From Chrysomallon squamiferum (lineage: Eukaryota; Animalia; Mollusca), in assembly GCA_012295275.1 (NCBI GenBank), contig CM022669.1, forward strand, positions 11,408,001-11,472,000: 64,000 nt of DNA. Reading direction: 5' to 3'. Made by a program: the position numbers and the translations under genes. Positions 25,300 to 38,948 of this stretch are shown here, one piece after another; position 1 is the stretch's first letter, and each line of letters opens with the position of its first letter. Under the pieces are notes generated by a model. It worked only from the letters and a program-made list of their open reading frames with translations, searched no databases and was not told where the DNA came from.

Positions 25300-25981
25300 T
25301 ACATCAACTACTGTCATTGTCATTACTACTACTACCACTTCAACTACTGCTGCTACTACTACTACTACTGCTGCTACTATTACTACTACTATAATTACTA
25401 TTGCTACAACTACTTCCACCACCACTGATGCCTTTAATAATATTGTTACTGCTTCTATTACTATTAGGCCCTCCTGTTGCTGCTCCTCCTTCGGTTATTA
25501 TTACTGCTACTACTACTGCTACTACTGCTACTACTACTGCTACTACTACTACTGCTACTACTACTACTACTACTGCTACTACTGCTGCTGCTACTACCAC
25601 TGCTACTACTGCTACTACTACTGCTACTACTGCTACTACTACTACTGCTACTACTGCTACTACTACTACTGCTACTACTACTACTGCTGCTATTACAAAC
25701 TGTGACTACTGTTACTACTATTTATACTACTACTACTACTGCTACTACTACTGCTACTACTGCTACCACTGCTACTACTATTGCTACTACTACTGCTGCT
25801 ACTACACACTGTGACTACTGTTACTACTATTTATACTACTATTACTACTGTTACTACTACTACTGCTACTACTACTGCAACTACTGCTACTACTACTATT
25901 ACTACTGCTACTACTATTGCTACTACTACTGCTGCTACTACAAACTGGGACTACTGTTACTACTATTTATACTACTGTTGT

Positions 25982-26012
<31 letters not shown>

Positions 26013-26200
26013 GCTGCTACTACTGCTACTATATACTGCTACTGTTACTACTATTTATATTATTACTTCTGCTACTACTACTATTACTTTCTATTACTAC
26101 TAAAGCTAAAACTACTGATACTACCATATAACAGTGATGCACTTCTACTGCTACTATTAATATTACTGCTACTACCATTACTATCTTTACTGCTGTCACT
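25300..26200. repeat. Compound (CTA/CTG)n trinucleotide array with internal block duplications
   Basis: Long CTA/CTG run; the marker ACTGTGACTACTGTTACTACTATTTATAC recurs at ~25695, 25804, 25940 and 26030. It explains the poly-L/T/Y ORFs. Confidence 0.95.
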
Positions 26201-26481
26201 GTTACTGCAAATAAATAATACTTTCATTTCATATTTTAATCTTTTACCACATTTTTTTTGTGTGTCATTAATAACCTAACAACCAAACTGAATCACAGAT
26301 CAAAGGAAATACAATTATGAATAATTTGTTCTCTAATTTGATGATAGAGTAATTGCAATTATTAGTGTATTATGAATTGACTCATAAAAACAAAATACAC
26401 CACACAGACACACACACATGTAGACACTGATGTGCATACACATACACACTCACAAACACACATTTATATGTATATAGATTA

Positions 26482-26513
<32 letters not shown>

Positions 26514-26586
26514 ATGCATGCATGTATACATATAGACAGATACATACATACATTCATATGTATATATTATATTTATATAAAAGGTG

Positions 26587-26619
<33 letters not shown>

Positions 26620-29600
26620 ATGTGACTGCTTAAGAAAATATGCCACACAATAATACAAACGTATATTTACAAATGTTTAATGCTTCAGTAACTATTTAAC
26701 AAAACCAGCTCTCCTTATAGGCCTGCATGGTGCAAAGTTGATCAAGTACAGACACAGAGAAACATGGACAAACTCTGGAGGCAGTACTGCAGTGGAGGAA
26801 TGGAGATTTAATTGTTGATTAAGAAGTTAAAAATTAACAAGTTTTATAATGATTATCGGCAAAAAGATGGAAATTCAATGTCTCGATCAATTCTTGTGCA
26901 ATGGAGTTCAGATCTCCGGAGGGATTTTCCAATAAGATGAAATTTCTCTCTGAAGAGAACATCCTTATAGAGAAAAGTGAGACCACATTCTGAGTTTTTT
27001 GATTAGAGAAAAATATGGAGCAGAATGGCTGAGTCGTCGTGTGAAGTTATGATTAATGTGAAATTTTAAATATTTTTGTTTTTTTTGTATTTTTTTTTGT
27101 AAAGGTCAAGTTTTTAGTGTTACTGTATTGTCAGTGTGTTTGAATGGAAATTCTGCAGATGTTTCATGTGTGTGTGTGTGTGTGTGTGTTTGTGTGTGTG
27201 CCTCTGTGTTCTTTGGACATTTTGTGTATGGTGTATATTTATGTGTGTGTTTTTGATGTATAGAAGTTTTAATGTGTGTTTGTGTGTATAGAAGTGTGTA
27301 GATGTGTTTTGTATGTCTGGTTGTGTGATTGTTCTGTAGATATGTGTATGTGAATTTTGTAAGTATTATATATGTGTGTCTAGTATTTCTTTTAGTGTTT
27401 TTGTTATCAATGTTATGTTTGTGCTTTTATATACTATTTATATGGAATGTGTGTGCATATGTGTGTGTGTGACTGAGAGAGAGAGAGAGAGAGAGAAATA
27501 AAAATGTACCTATTCTGTATACATTAAATACATACTTACAATACTATACATTTTATAACATAATAAGCATTGTTTAAACAAGAATACATTTCATTCATGA
27601 AGATCAAAGTTAGAAAGAACAAAGTAAAACAAAATATTAACGTCAGTAGCTAAATTAAATATAACAAACAGAACATCTATCATAGAAAGATCAAATAAAT
27701 AGCACACGCTTTACACAGAATCTGCTTTCAGTGTTGTGCAATGTAATTGCGTTCAACTTCACGTTACATTCTGTAAACAACTTTTACATGTAATCTATCA
27801 ATATTATTTAACACTGTGATATATATTATTTATTAATTTGCAGCTCACAAATCAACTTTGTTTAATGATGCTTAACTTTATTTTAATTATCCCCAGATGT
27901 GCCATTTCAGAATAATAACACTTTTTCTCTGTATTATTTACCAAAATAAGAGTTTTAATCAAATATTAATCAACAAGAGTTTGTTATTTCGTTATTCATT
28001 TTAAAGGTTAACAAAATATATTCACTATTATTTAATATGATACTTATATATTATCTACAAATCCAAGCAGATAAAAATCCCTGATCCATTTATTATTATT
28101 CTGTAATTATTCTAAAATTTAAAATATTCTGTTGTGCAACAAAACAGTATTATATAACAATATATTAATATTTACAAATTTGAATTAATTAAAAACATGA
28201 ACCATTTATTATTATTTTACAGTGTATTCTAAAATGTCTCTTTTTGTAAATTATCAATATTATTTATTGTTATACTTAAAAATTAGAGTTAATAAAAATA
28301 AAATTAAACAAAAAACATGATACATTTGTTATCACTGTGTAATTCATAACCTGTATTTTTTAAAATATCTTGACATAACATATGAACAGTATAAAACTGA
28401 TTACTATGCATTATTTAAAAATGTAAAGTAATAATAATTAAAAAAAAACTTCATTTCTAACAATTTAATTATTAATGCATGCAGAAAAATCAACTTGACA
28501 ATCTTACTTAATAGCACATATTTTTTACTATATTGCTACAAAACATTTCTCAGTGATAAACTTTAGAAATTCATCTTTTGAAGTTCGTGATAGACATTTT
28601 ACAATTTTGTGATATCTTGAGATATAACAGGTCAGTGTTACTTAAGAAAACTGTATTGCAGTATTTAGAAATTTATACAAAAAGCTTTACACTGTGCAGA
28701 GTATGTCTGATTTTATCTAGATACGATACAAATTTGACAGCTAGTGGTATTATTAAAAGCTCCGTTTAAAAAATCAATTTATTACTTGTGTACTATATAA
28801 GCCGTATATAATGCAGAATAATAAATACCGCACAATGTGTTGTAAAATATCACTGTAGTATAACTTCAGTTGTTGAATAACCATGTAGAGTTAACACTAA
28901 CAAAATTTATTTAAAATAAAACATTTTTAATTCAAGTTTTGCTCAAATTTTTAAAAATATTCTGATGCTGATAATGTAAATCTAACAAAGAATCAGAGAA
29001 TCATTAATGTATAATCAAAAAGAATATATTTATGTGCTGTGGAATATATTTATATATGTAGACAATATATTAGATAAAATCTTAAACATTATTAATACTG
29101 TGCAGTCTATAATTAAAAGTTTGAATTAGTCTACAAAATCATTAACGATGATTAAATTATTTGTCATGACTCAATTTGTAAATGGTTACTTATAGTTACA
29201 ACACACAGTTGCTTTAAGCCATGTTGTTTAACTATTTCCTCAAAACTGAAATAATTATTGATACTTCCAAGAAAAACAAAAGTCATTTAAAAACTATGAA
29301 TATTTATATTCTCTGTTGGAAACTGGCAAAGAACAGAATTTAATGTGTAATTCAAAACACAAAATCCAAAAAAACAACAACAAACAAATAAACAAACAAC
29401 TCCATAACTAAGCATAGTGTTTTAAATTATGATTTACTTTAATAACAATGGATGTTAAATGTGTTACTGTAACTGTAACCATGAATTAATGTGTTCTGCA
29501 TGAATAACATTAGTGTAGAATATTTTCTTTACTATAGTGTAACTGATTTATGAACGTATTATTTTAATTAATAATTAATTAATAGTAATAAAAAAATACT

Positions 29601-29889
29601 GATGATGATGATGATGATTGTCATGATAATAATAACAACAATAATAATAATAATATAAATATAAATAAATAATTACAACTAAATGTAAAAAGGTATCTAT
29701 TGATACTGATAAGAACTTGTAATAGGTATAAGACAGTTACATACAGTTACTACATACCAAGCTGACACTATCATTTTTATATCTGTCACAGTATCTGAAC
29801 TGTCACATAACAACAAAAAATAAAATAAAATAAAAAATAAATATATATACATAGTTAAATAAAAACTTGAAAAAAAAAACACCCAACTT

Positions 29890-30336
29890 ATCGGACCATG
29901 TACCGTAGTAATAAGATACAATTTACCATTTCAACTTAACGCAAGACAAGCAACCGCGTGTAGAAATACGACTCGAGCCTAACACCTATCGATGATAATC
30001 AATGACCACACGTAATTTCAAACTTAAGTACCTTTCACTGACTACAGCACTCACCTTGATCGGAACTGAGACAGCCTCGCACAGAGAGAGAGAGAGAAAA
30101 CTCCATGTCTGTACTCCACATGTTATCAAACATCTAACAGGCCTACCTGTTCGCCAACTCACTGTAACCGTCTGACTGACAGTCGAACGCTGGCCAATCG
30201 GCTATGATCACTGCTAAGCCGGCAACTTCTTTCGCTCGGGCCATTCATTACCTCTCATTGAGTTCTGTTGATCCGATGTAGCGGTAGCAGTTAGCGCGGT
30301 TTGACGCTGTCATAATGAGAGAGAGAGATACAGACG
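29890..30336 (-). promoter_or_regulatory. CpG-rich promoter / non-coding first exon candidate for the minus-strand gene
   Basis: Sharp CpG and GC enrichment against the flanks. Motifs: GGCCAATCG (CCAAT 30194-30198), a GAGA run (30083-30096), minus-strand Inr-like TCAGTT (A at 30067) and TCAGTC (A at 30177), and a consensus donor AAG|GTGAGT at 30055/30054 plus further minus-strand donors. Confidence 0.55.
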
Positions 30337-30405
30337 TAGTAGTAGTAGTAGTAGTAGTTGTAGTTGTAGTAGTTTAGTAGTAGGAGGAGTAGGAGTAGTA
30401 GTAAT
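30336..30405. repeat. (GTA)n trinucleotide repeat
   Basis: Read directly. Confidence 0.9.
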
Positions 30406-30814
30406 AGTGTAATGGGGATTGTGCCTGTGATGTATCAGATACAATTTGAAGCTGTTAAAAAATATATAGTTCAAACTGATAGTTGCTGTGTATTAGTTTT
30501 CTCTGAAAGTTATGAGGAAATATGTTTTAAATGCGATTTACGTGTAATATATTCGTGTATATATAAGTAGAATTAAATGTAAATTATATAAGCCATATGA
30601 TCTTAATCATATACATATAGATATATACACACCCACCCACACACACACACACACAACAGACACATATATACACACACACACTAAAGATATACACAAGTAT
30701 TGTATGTTGAAGTAATGAATAATTTCCTTTTTAATCTGAAGTATTATTTTAATGGTAACACAATATTGCTGCTATAGTTATTTTTGTTGCAGCTGAATGT
30801 TCTGTTACCACAAT

Positions 30815-31120
30815 GACTACTACTACTACTACTACTACTATTACTACTACTACTACTACTATACTACTATTACTGCTACTCCTGCTATTAATTACTATTG
30901 CTATACCACTGCTTTACTACTACTATTTCTACTAGTAAAACTACATCACCACAATAACAACAATCAAAACTGCTGCTAGTAGTATTATTATCACAAACAT
31001 TACTAATACAGCTACTGTAACTACTACTACTATCTCACATACTACTGCTTCTACTACTACTACTACTACTACTAATATAACTACTACTGCTACCACACCT
31101 ACTATTACAGGTATTACTAC
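30815..31120. repeat. (CTA)n-rich degenerate trinucleotide region
   Basis: Read directly. Confidence 0.85.
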
Positions 31121-31293
31121 TGACTGCATAGATGAAGTGACATACACTGAGAAAGATTATAGATTTGTATTTGTAGTAAATAATTAAATTCATTTATTAA
31201 TTGTTGTTAAAGAATTAGGTCAAAAATATTCACACACTCACACACACACACACACACACACAAACAAACACACACACTCATACACACACAAAC

Positions 31294-31328
<35 letters not shown>

Positions 31329-32017
31329 TCTATATACACAGTTAACATTCAAACCAAGATAGAGATTCAAAGTGAGATTAATTGTTAAGGCCAAAAACAA
31401 GGAGTATACTGATCTACAATAGTTAATTCTAAAAAAAAAATGGAAGTATTTTTAAAGGCTATTAAAAAAAAAAAAAAAAAACATTATTTACAAGACTCTA
31501 CAGACTGCTAATATACAGCAGCTAGGTTTTGTATCGGAATCAATGATGTCTGTATTCTGTTTTATTCTTGTTCCAGTTTCTGACCGGAACACAATTAGAG
31601 AATTGTGATGATCCCAACATTTGACATAGAGTTTATTCTTCTTATTTTATTTCTCCAGTGAATACTTTTATTAGTGGTGTCTGTAGATCTATCAAGTGGA
31701 GGACTGGGTTTGGTTTTTCACTGTGAGATAAAGTTTTACTGCTGAGTGTTTTTAACACTGGTTGTTAAAGATGACAGTTAGATACAAATAACGTGCAGGT
31801 TTTTTGTGTAAACAAATGTTAAATATTATAAAGTAGATTCTGATGTTTGAAAATGTAAGTGATAGTGATATATATATAATAAAACATTTACAAAATATAA
31901 TAATTCAAATACAGAGAAGAGTTTAGTAAGCAAAATATCACTCTCTTTCTCCATCTGTCCATCTTAATAACTTTCTATCTTTGTCTCAATGTTTCTCTGT
32001 GACTTCATCTCTCATTT

Positions 32018-32019
<2 letters not shown>

Positions 32020-32096
<77 letters not shown>
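32020..32096. repeat. (CT)n microsatellite
   Basis: Read directly. Confidence 0.95.
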
Positions 32097-32099
<3 letters not shown>

Positions 32100-32323
32100 A
32101 TTCTGTTTTTCTCTCTCTCTCCTGATTGTGGGTTTCCTTAAACATACATACAAGATCATTAAAAACCAGTTGATCTATATACAGACACATTACCATACAA
32201 ACATCTATGTAGTCTTACACAAACATACCTTTAAAACACAGACACTTATACATCCATGCAGACACAGAGAGCATTACATTACATTACAGATTTATACATT
32301 ACTTGGTATTGACATGATTATTG

Positions 32324-32326
<3 letters not shown>

Positions 32327-32391
<65 letters not shown>
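32327..32391. repeat. (CT)n microsatellite
   Basis: Read directly. Confidence 0.95.
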
Positions 32392-32394
<3 letters not shown>

Positions 32395-33673
32395 TACACA
32401 CTCTCACACATGCAGGTATACATACATACATACAGGATGTGTCTGTATGTGGGCGTGTATCTATATGTATATGTGTGAGTGTGTGTGTGTATGTGTGTGT
32501 CTGTACATGAGTGTGTGTGTGTTTCTGTGCAAATATATATAGGTAAAAGCACTAATACATCTACATATTCACATGCAGAACCAATTAAATAATAAGTAAA
32601 AATGATTATAAATTTTTGCAGAAAAACAAACATCCAAATAGTGTCAAGTGAAAGAAATAAATTCTACACACTTACTGAAAATAATTCTTATACCTTGCTA
32701 GAGATAATGAGAAAATTTCAGTGAGAAAATAATTATTAGCTGATAAATACTTGATATTTGTGTGAGAAGATACCTGTCAGGTTATTATTAAAAGAAACTA
32801 ACTGTGGTTCCTAGACAAGTTTATTTATTATTGTTATCAGGGAAGGCTTCATTTTTCACAGGTGAAACAAATTACTATTATCACCTGGATAAGGTAAGCC
32901 ATACAAAATGGTGAATTTTCTATCCCAGAATAAATGATATATATTTTTTTTATTTTGGTAATAAATTAATAAAAATATTAAGAGAAACAGTGTATAAGAT
33001 ATTAGTGTTGTCAAGTTGTGGAAAATAGTAATTTGCTTTATGCCATAGTAAATTATATATTTTCTGTTCTTGTCTAAAATGAAAAATGATGCATGTGAAG
33101 GGAAATAATAACAGAAAATAAATTAACAGTTATTAAATCATAATAATAGTTAACAACAGCAATAACAAAAACCACAACAACAAGAGTAAGAATAATAAAA
33201 GTAAGAAAAAGAAGAAGAAGAATTTTTAACAACACCAATAAAAAAAAAAAAGTTTAAATTTTTTTTAAAATCTAAAAGTCAAAACAGTATTAATTTAAGA
33301 GGCTTACTATCTGAAGATAATTCTAATTAGGAAAAGACAACTCCAACTGTCAAGAGAAGATAAACAATATCTGCCAGAACACAAAAAAAGAGAAGCAAAA
33401 GAAATCACATTATACTGTCTGTGATACTTCAGTAAGCCAGTTTACATTACAGAATTCATGAACTGTATTGAAAGACACAACAAATCAAAGATTATCACTG
33501 GTTAAATCAGTAATGTCTGGTAATTTAGAAAAATAATAATAATTAAAAAAAAATTAAATATATAAATAAAATAATAATAATAATGATGTACATATGGTTA
33601 TTAAAATAATAATAATAATAATAATAAATAAATAAATAAAAAATAAATAGATAAATCAGTAAATAAATAATAT

Positions 33674-33764
33674 AAAATAAAATAAAATAACATAACATAA
33701 CATAACATAACATAACATAACAAAATAAAATAAAATAAAATAAAATAAAATAAAATAAAATAAA
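33674..33764. repeat. (AAAAT)n/(AACAT)n compound pentanucleotide repeat
   Basis: Read directly. Confidence 0.9.
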
Positions 33765-33799
33765 TTTATCTAAAAAAAATATATATATAAATAAATAAA

Positions 33800-33830
<31 letters not shown>

Positions 33831-34726
33831 AATAATGATGATGTCCAGCTATTCACACACACAACTTTGTATTCTGACTGTCCCTTGAGTACCAATGGTC
33901 AACACTGAGGTCTAGAAAGGAATGCATTTTGTTAAGAGTGATCACAAAAGTACAGCACTTTATGTTTTAAAAAACCAGCTCTCCTCTGGGACTGCCAGCC
34001 AGTACATTGTTGAAAGTTTGCCAAGCCCGGCTCCCCCTCCCTCCCTCCCTCCCCCTCACCTCTCTACCTGACAAAGGTGAAATACTTTGTATTGTTTACA
34101 TTCATAGGTGCCACGTGTGTCTAATGTAGGGTTTGTTAATTGGTGCAGTGAATGGCAAAACATGGTACAGCCTTTCATTTGGGAGGTGTTCAGAAAACAA
34201 ATTAGGATTGAGGGCGTTAGTGGGTTTTTTTTACTTCTTGTTTTTTATTTTTTTATTTTTTTATTTATTTTTTTTTTTTTTACCAATTTTTGGTTATTAT
34301 TAGATCATTTTCAAGCAAACTTTCAGTAAAAAAATTTTTTTTTTTTTTTTTTTTGTTGTGTCTTATATTAAGTTTCTATGTTCCATTTTGTTGTTTTGGT
34401 TCTTTGTTGTGCTTATTCACTTGTTTTTTAATTATTTTTTCTATTATTATTATTAATTATTATTAATAATAATTATTAATAATAATTATTATTTTAATTT
34501 TATTTTCGTCATGAGCTTTTTTATTTGTATTTCTTATTTTGTTTATTTTCCTTTTTTTCAGTTTTAAACATCCAGTTTCTCTCATTCTTTGATGTCTGTG
34601 TTGCATTTTTTTATTATTGTTGTTATCTCTCTCTCTTTTTTATTTTTTAAATTTAATATAATATATTAATTTCCATTTTTTTTCACCATCAATTTATTTT
34701 TAATTTTTTTAAATGTTTTTTCTTTT

Positions 34727-34728
<2 letters not shown>

Positions 34729-34808
<80 letters not shown>
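34729..34808. repeat. (CT)n microsatellite
   Basis: Read directly. Confidence 0.95.
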
Positions 34809-34810
<2 letters not shown>

Positions 34811-35393
34811 CATCTGTTATCATAGTAATAAAAAAAAAAAAAAAAAAAAATAAAATAAATATCATTTTTAACTTCATCTATGAAATACTTGTTACAGTAA
34901 TGATAACCTTTTCAGAAAAAAATGACTTTAAAAAAAGATTAAAAAATTTTTGGCTCTTCCCATCCCAGTCCCATCCCTCCCATTTCCTCTCCCCCCCACA
35001 CACACATCCTTCTTTCGTGAGAGATAAGTGTGGGGTGAACTGTCGGTCAGCCAATGTAACGATATTTTTGGAAGCAGCGTTTCTTCCAACCTCGGTTTTA
35101 TTGCCTATCCACATAATCATTGCACAGAATTATGTCCATTAATTTTACTGTTTTCAGTTCAGTTACTATGACATAACAGACCAGAATCTGGAGGTCTGAA
35201 CCAAGACTTCAGTTTGATAATTTCTTTCTGAAATGATATGTTATTAAAAAAAAAAAAAAAAAAATGATATTAAAATTCAGAGTAAAATAAAATAAAATAA
35301 AGATCAGTTCATAACTATATATCATATTTTTTGTTTTTATTTTAATTTTATTTTTTTAATTTTATTTATTATTTTATTTATTTATTTATTATT

Positions 35394-35432
<39 letters not shown>

Positions 35433-35449
35433 TTATATTTTTTATTATA

Positions 35450-35482
<33 letters not shown>

Positions 35483-36047
35483 TTAATTTTTTTAATTTAT
35501 TTTTTGCAGATTCACCAAATATTCATATACCACAAATTCTTGGAAAAGATCGTAAAATTATCATTTACTTTTTATCGTATATTTTATTTTTTATATTGAG
35601 TGCAGAGGTACTTTGTGTTTCATTTTTTTTTTTTTTCAGTAGTGGACATTAATAATGTTGCTTTTAAAGGAGACATTTAACTTTGCTGTTTCTTGCGGCA
35701 ATTGGTTGCACGTGTTGTGTTTTTGTATTGCTAAATATCAAAGTGAAACGGTTCACAAGAATGTTTTGAACGTGCACACCTAGAACTGCAGTGCACAACA
35801 CAGCCCCATAAATAATTTTTGCAGTCTGCAGAACTTGACGTTTATTCTTTGCTTTATGACACAGCACATAATTATCTGCAGCAGTGTTTAAATACTAACT
35901 AGGTAATAAAGTTTTAAACTCTATTTTCATTTTGAAATAGTCATTGAAGAATAAAATAAATATAAAAAAAAAGCAAAAAAAAAAAGAAAAAGAATACAGA
36001 GAAGGAAATGGAACTGATATTTTTTTTGAATAAAGATAAATTTGAAA

Positions 36048-36085
<38 letters not shown>

Positions 36086-36835
36086 AGGCTAACTTTAAGA
36101 GTAAGAATATAAAACTTTTATTAAATTATCTTTGAAAGATTAACAAAAAAAAAAGAAAAAGAAAAAGTATCCGAGTTTAAGGAGTTGGCCAAGTTAGGCT
36201 AAAACGATCTCAGAGGCTAGTTCCGATCAGTACGCAGTGACCCGTTTGTCAAAGATGATGGTATGTGTTGTACTGTTTCTGGGAAGGAACATGTAAATGA
36301 CATCTTGTTGCTTAACAATTTTAACAGCACTTGACTTTTTTGATTTTTGTAACATATTTACTACAAAGACACCCTCATACAAAAGGAAACAACAACAACC
36401 AAAAAAAACCCACCTGAAAATTAAAAACATTTTAAATATCTTCGTTAAAAGAATATCAAGTCAACTGTGATATTTATAATTCTTCAGGTTCATTAAACTG
36501 TTGATGTTCTTTTTAGAATTTCTATTACTTTTAAAATTCCTAAATTTTAAAATGATCGTTTCCGTAACTCATCATTTTTACATAAGAAGAAGAGGGGAAA
36601 CTATAAATACTGAATTAATGCATCTTTCTTTTTTTTTTTTTTTTTTTTTTTTTTAGTCGCGATGATAATAATAATTACTGGAGTAAAAACCAACATATAT
36701 TCTAATATACTACTAAATATTAATATTATTATATCTCAAGACATTGTGAAATAAATTGATATTAATTAGGTAATACCAGTGCTGAAGAAAACTAACTGTT
36801 AATAATTCCTGTGATTGGGAATCCAAGCAAACAGC

Positions 36836-36958
36836 GACTGTAAAACATTTTTAATATATTGACTGTTGTTACGTCACTGATTATAAAGTTGTATCAGTGA
36901 TTGTAAAACATTGTTAACACGCAGACAGTTGTTACGTCACTGATTATAAAGTTGTATT
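36836..36958. repeat. 63-bp tandem duplication containing GTTGTTACGTCACTGATTATAAAGTTGTAT
   Basis: TTACGTCA at 36869 and 36932 within an identical 30-bp core. Confidence 0.9.
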
Positions 36959-38948
36959 AATATGTTATATTATATTTGTGATATCAAATCTCCTGCTGTA
37001 ATAAAATCTTTGTATAAAAATGACATGCATTAATATTACAACAGAGATGAGGAAATTAATTTTGGATCCAACGAATTGATGGAGTCCTTTTCTTTAAACA
37101 TAGAAACACTTTGTCACGTGAAGGTAAGGGTGGAGAATAAATAACATATTTCTTTCTTCTTTCTTTTTTATTTACATTTTTTTATTTTTATTTTTATTTT
37201 TATTTTTTTTCTTCTGATCTGAAACCAATTACCTTTGAATGTGTAGAGGTTGTTTTCAAATGACAGTTTTATGTTAGAAAAAGATTGCACGGAAATGTAG
37301 ACTTTCTTTCTTCGTTTAGTGAATTTTGTACTTCGAAGATTTTTTTGATTTTTTTTTTTTTATGTAAATGTGGGTTTGCGAGAGAAAAAGAATTTGTGAG
37401 TAGTTTTTGTGTGTGAGTTTGGGTGTCTGTTTGTGTGAGAATGTGTTTACGTGTTTATATATGTAATCTTTCGTTCATGAAATTTTGTTTTACTTATTCA
37501 TGAGTGTCACAATAACATTGTTTTATATAATCTGATTTGCTTATTAATATCAAATCCATTATAATTATTTGATGAATGTTGATTTCGTATTAATATAATC
37601 ATTAAAAAAATTCCTAAAACTGATTTTAACTTTTTTTTCTATATTAGACAATATAATTTTTCTATGAAATTTATTTCACTTTTTTTTCTGTAAGCCAATA
37701 TATAATCTTTTGAAATTTCCTTTGCTTTTCTAATAGTTAGTAATATTCAGATTTTTTCTAATTTTAATTTTTTTTAAAAATCTAATATACGCACACAACA
37801 TCCAAAAAACCACCTGATCATCATCAGCAGAAAAAAAAAGATACCAGAGCTGAAATTCAATTCGTCTAAGACAAAGAGATTAGAATCACGAAAAGCCAAG
37901 TTATGACTCGAATCCACGCACAATTTACCAGATGACAGAAATATGAAGAGGCCACACACCTAGATCATAAAAGAAAAACCGCTTTATTTAAGGCTGTTCA
38001 AAAATGTTGTCCACTTGAGATGATGTCTAATGTTACGTACGCTAATACTGCTTCTCTTGTAATTAGCGCATCTGGCTTCCTGCAGGTATAAAGGAAATTC
38101 CAAAGCAGATGGCCAGATGATTAGATACTAATAATTATTTATTATTTAAACCAGCCACACTGCAGCAACCTTTGACATTTTCAGTGTGGTTGTCTCAGAT
38201 TATCAGTTTATTTTTAATCTTTTTTTTTTTTTTTTTTTCATTTTATGTTTCTTTTACTTCTTTTAGGTTGCTACGTGCAGTGTCGTTACTTTCTGAAACA
38301 TTAATTTCTTTATTTTTGTTTTATAAGTGTGCGTTTAATGTGGGGTTTTTTTAATGCTTATTTTATAAGGACGTTCTTGTGTGTGTGGTGTTTTTTTTAA
38401 ATTGTTATTTTATTAACATCATTTGTTATCTTTTATTTTTATTTCATAAGTGCTTTTTTTATTTATTTATTTATTTTTTTTAAATTTATTTTAAGAAAGA
38501 AAAATATAGAAGATAAAAATTTTTGGCGTGGTTTTAATAGTTTCCCAGTGTCTCTAATAGTTGTAAAATTATGTGAACTCTAATGCACTGAAATTTTCTG
38601 TTTATTTTATCAAATATTTATTCCTGTTGGCTTTTTTCTTGCGTTTTATTTCTCAGCGGTTTCCTGTAAATGTGAGAAGAAAAAAAAACAAGAAAAATAA
38701 ACAAGTGAACAATGTCAGAGTCTATACCATTTTAACGCCTCTGTAAAAGTCTATACAAGACTAAATCGTTGTGATACAAACAAAATGTGGTATGTGCTAC
38801 CCTGTAATCACTTAATATCAATGTGGAAATTCTGGGCCAGTAATGGACAATATCCAAGACTTTAATTATGTTTATAATCTGACATATTATGTACCTGAAT
38901 TTATTATTTTAACAAGAACAGAAAACTAAGGATGCATTTAATTCAAAT

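Noticed and set aside
25170-26279. Poly-Leu/Thr/Tyr ORFs up to 208 aa
   Set aside because: Translations of a (CTA/CTG)n microsatellite.
36219-36229. AGTTCCGATCA, an inverted 11-bp match to the putative first exon at 30057-30067
   Set aside because: Too short, with no extension; compatible with chance.
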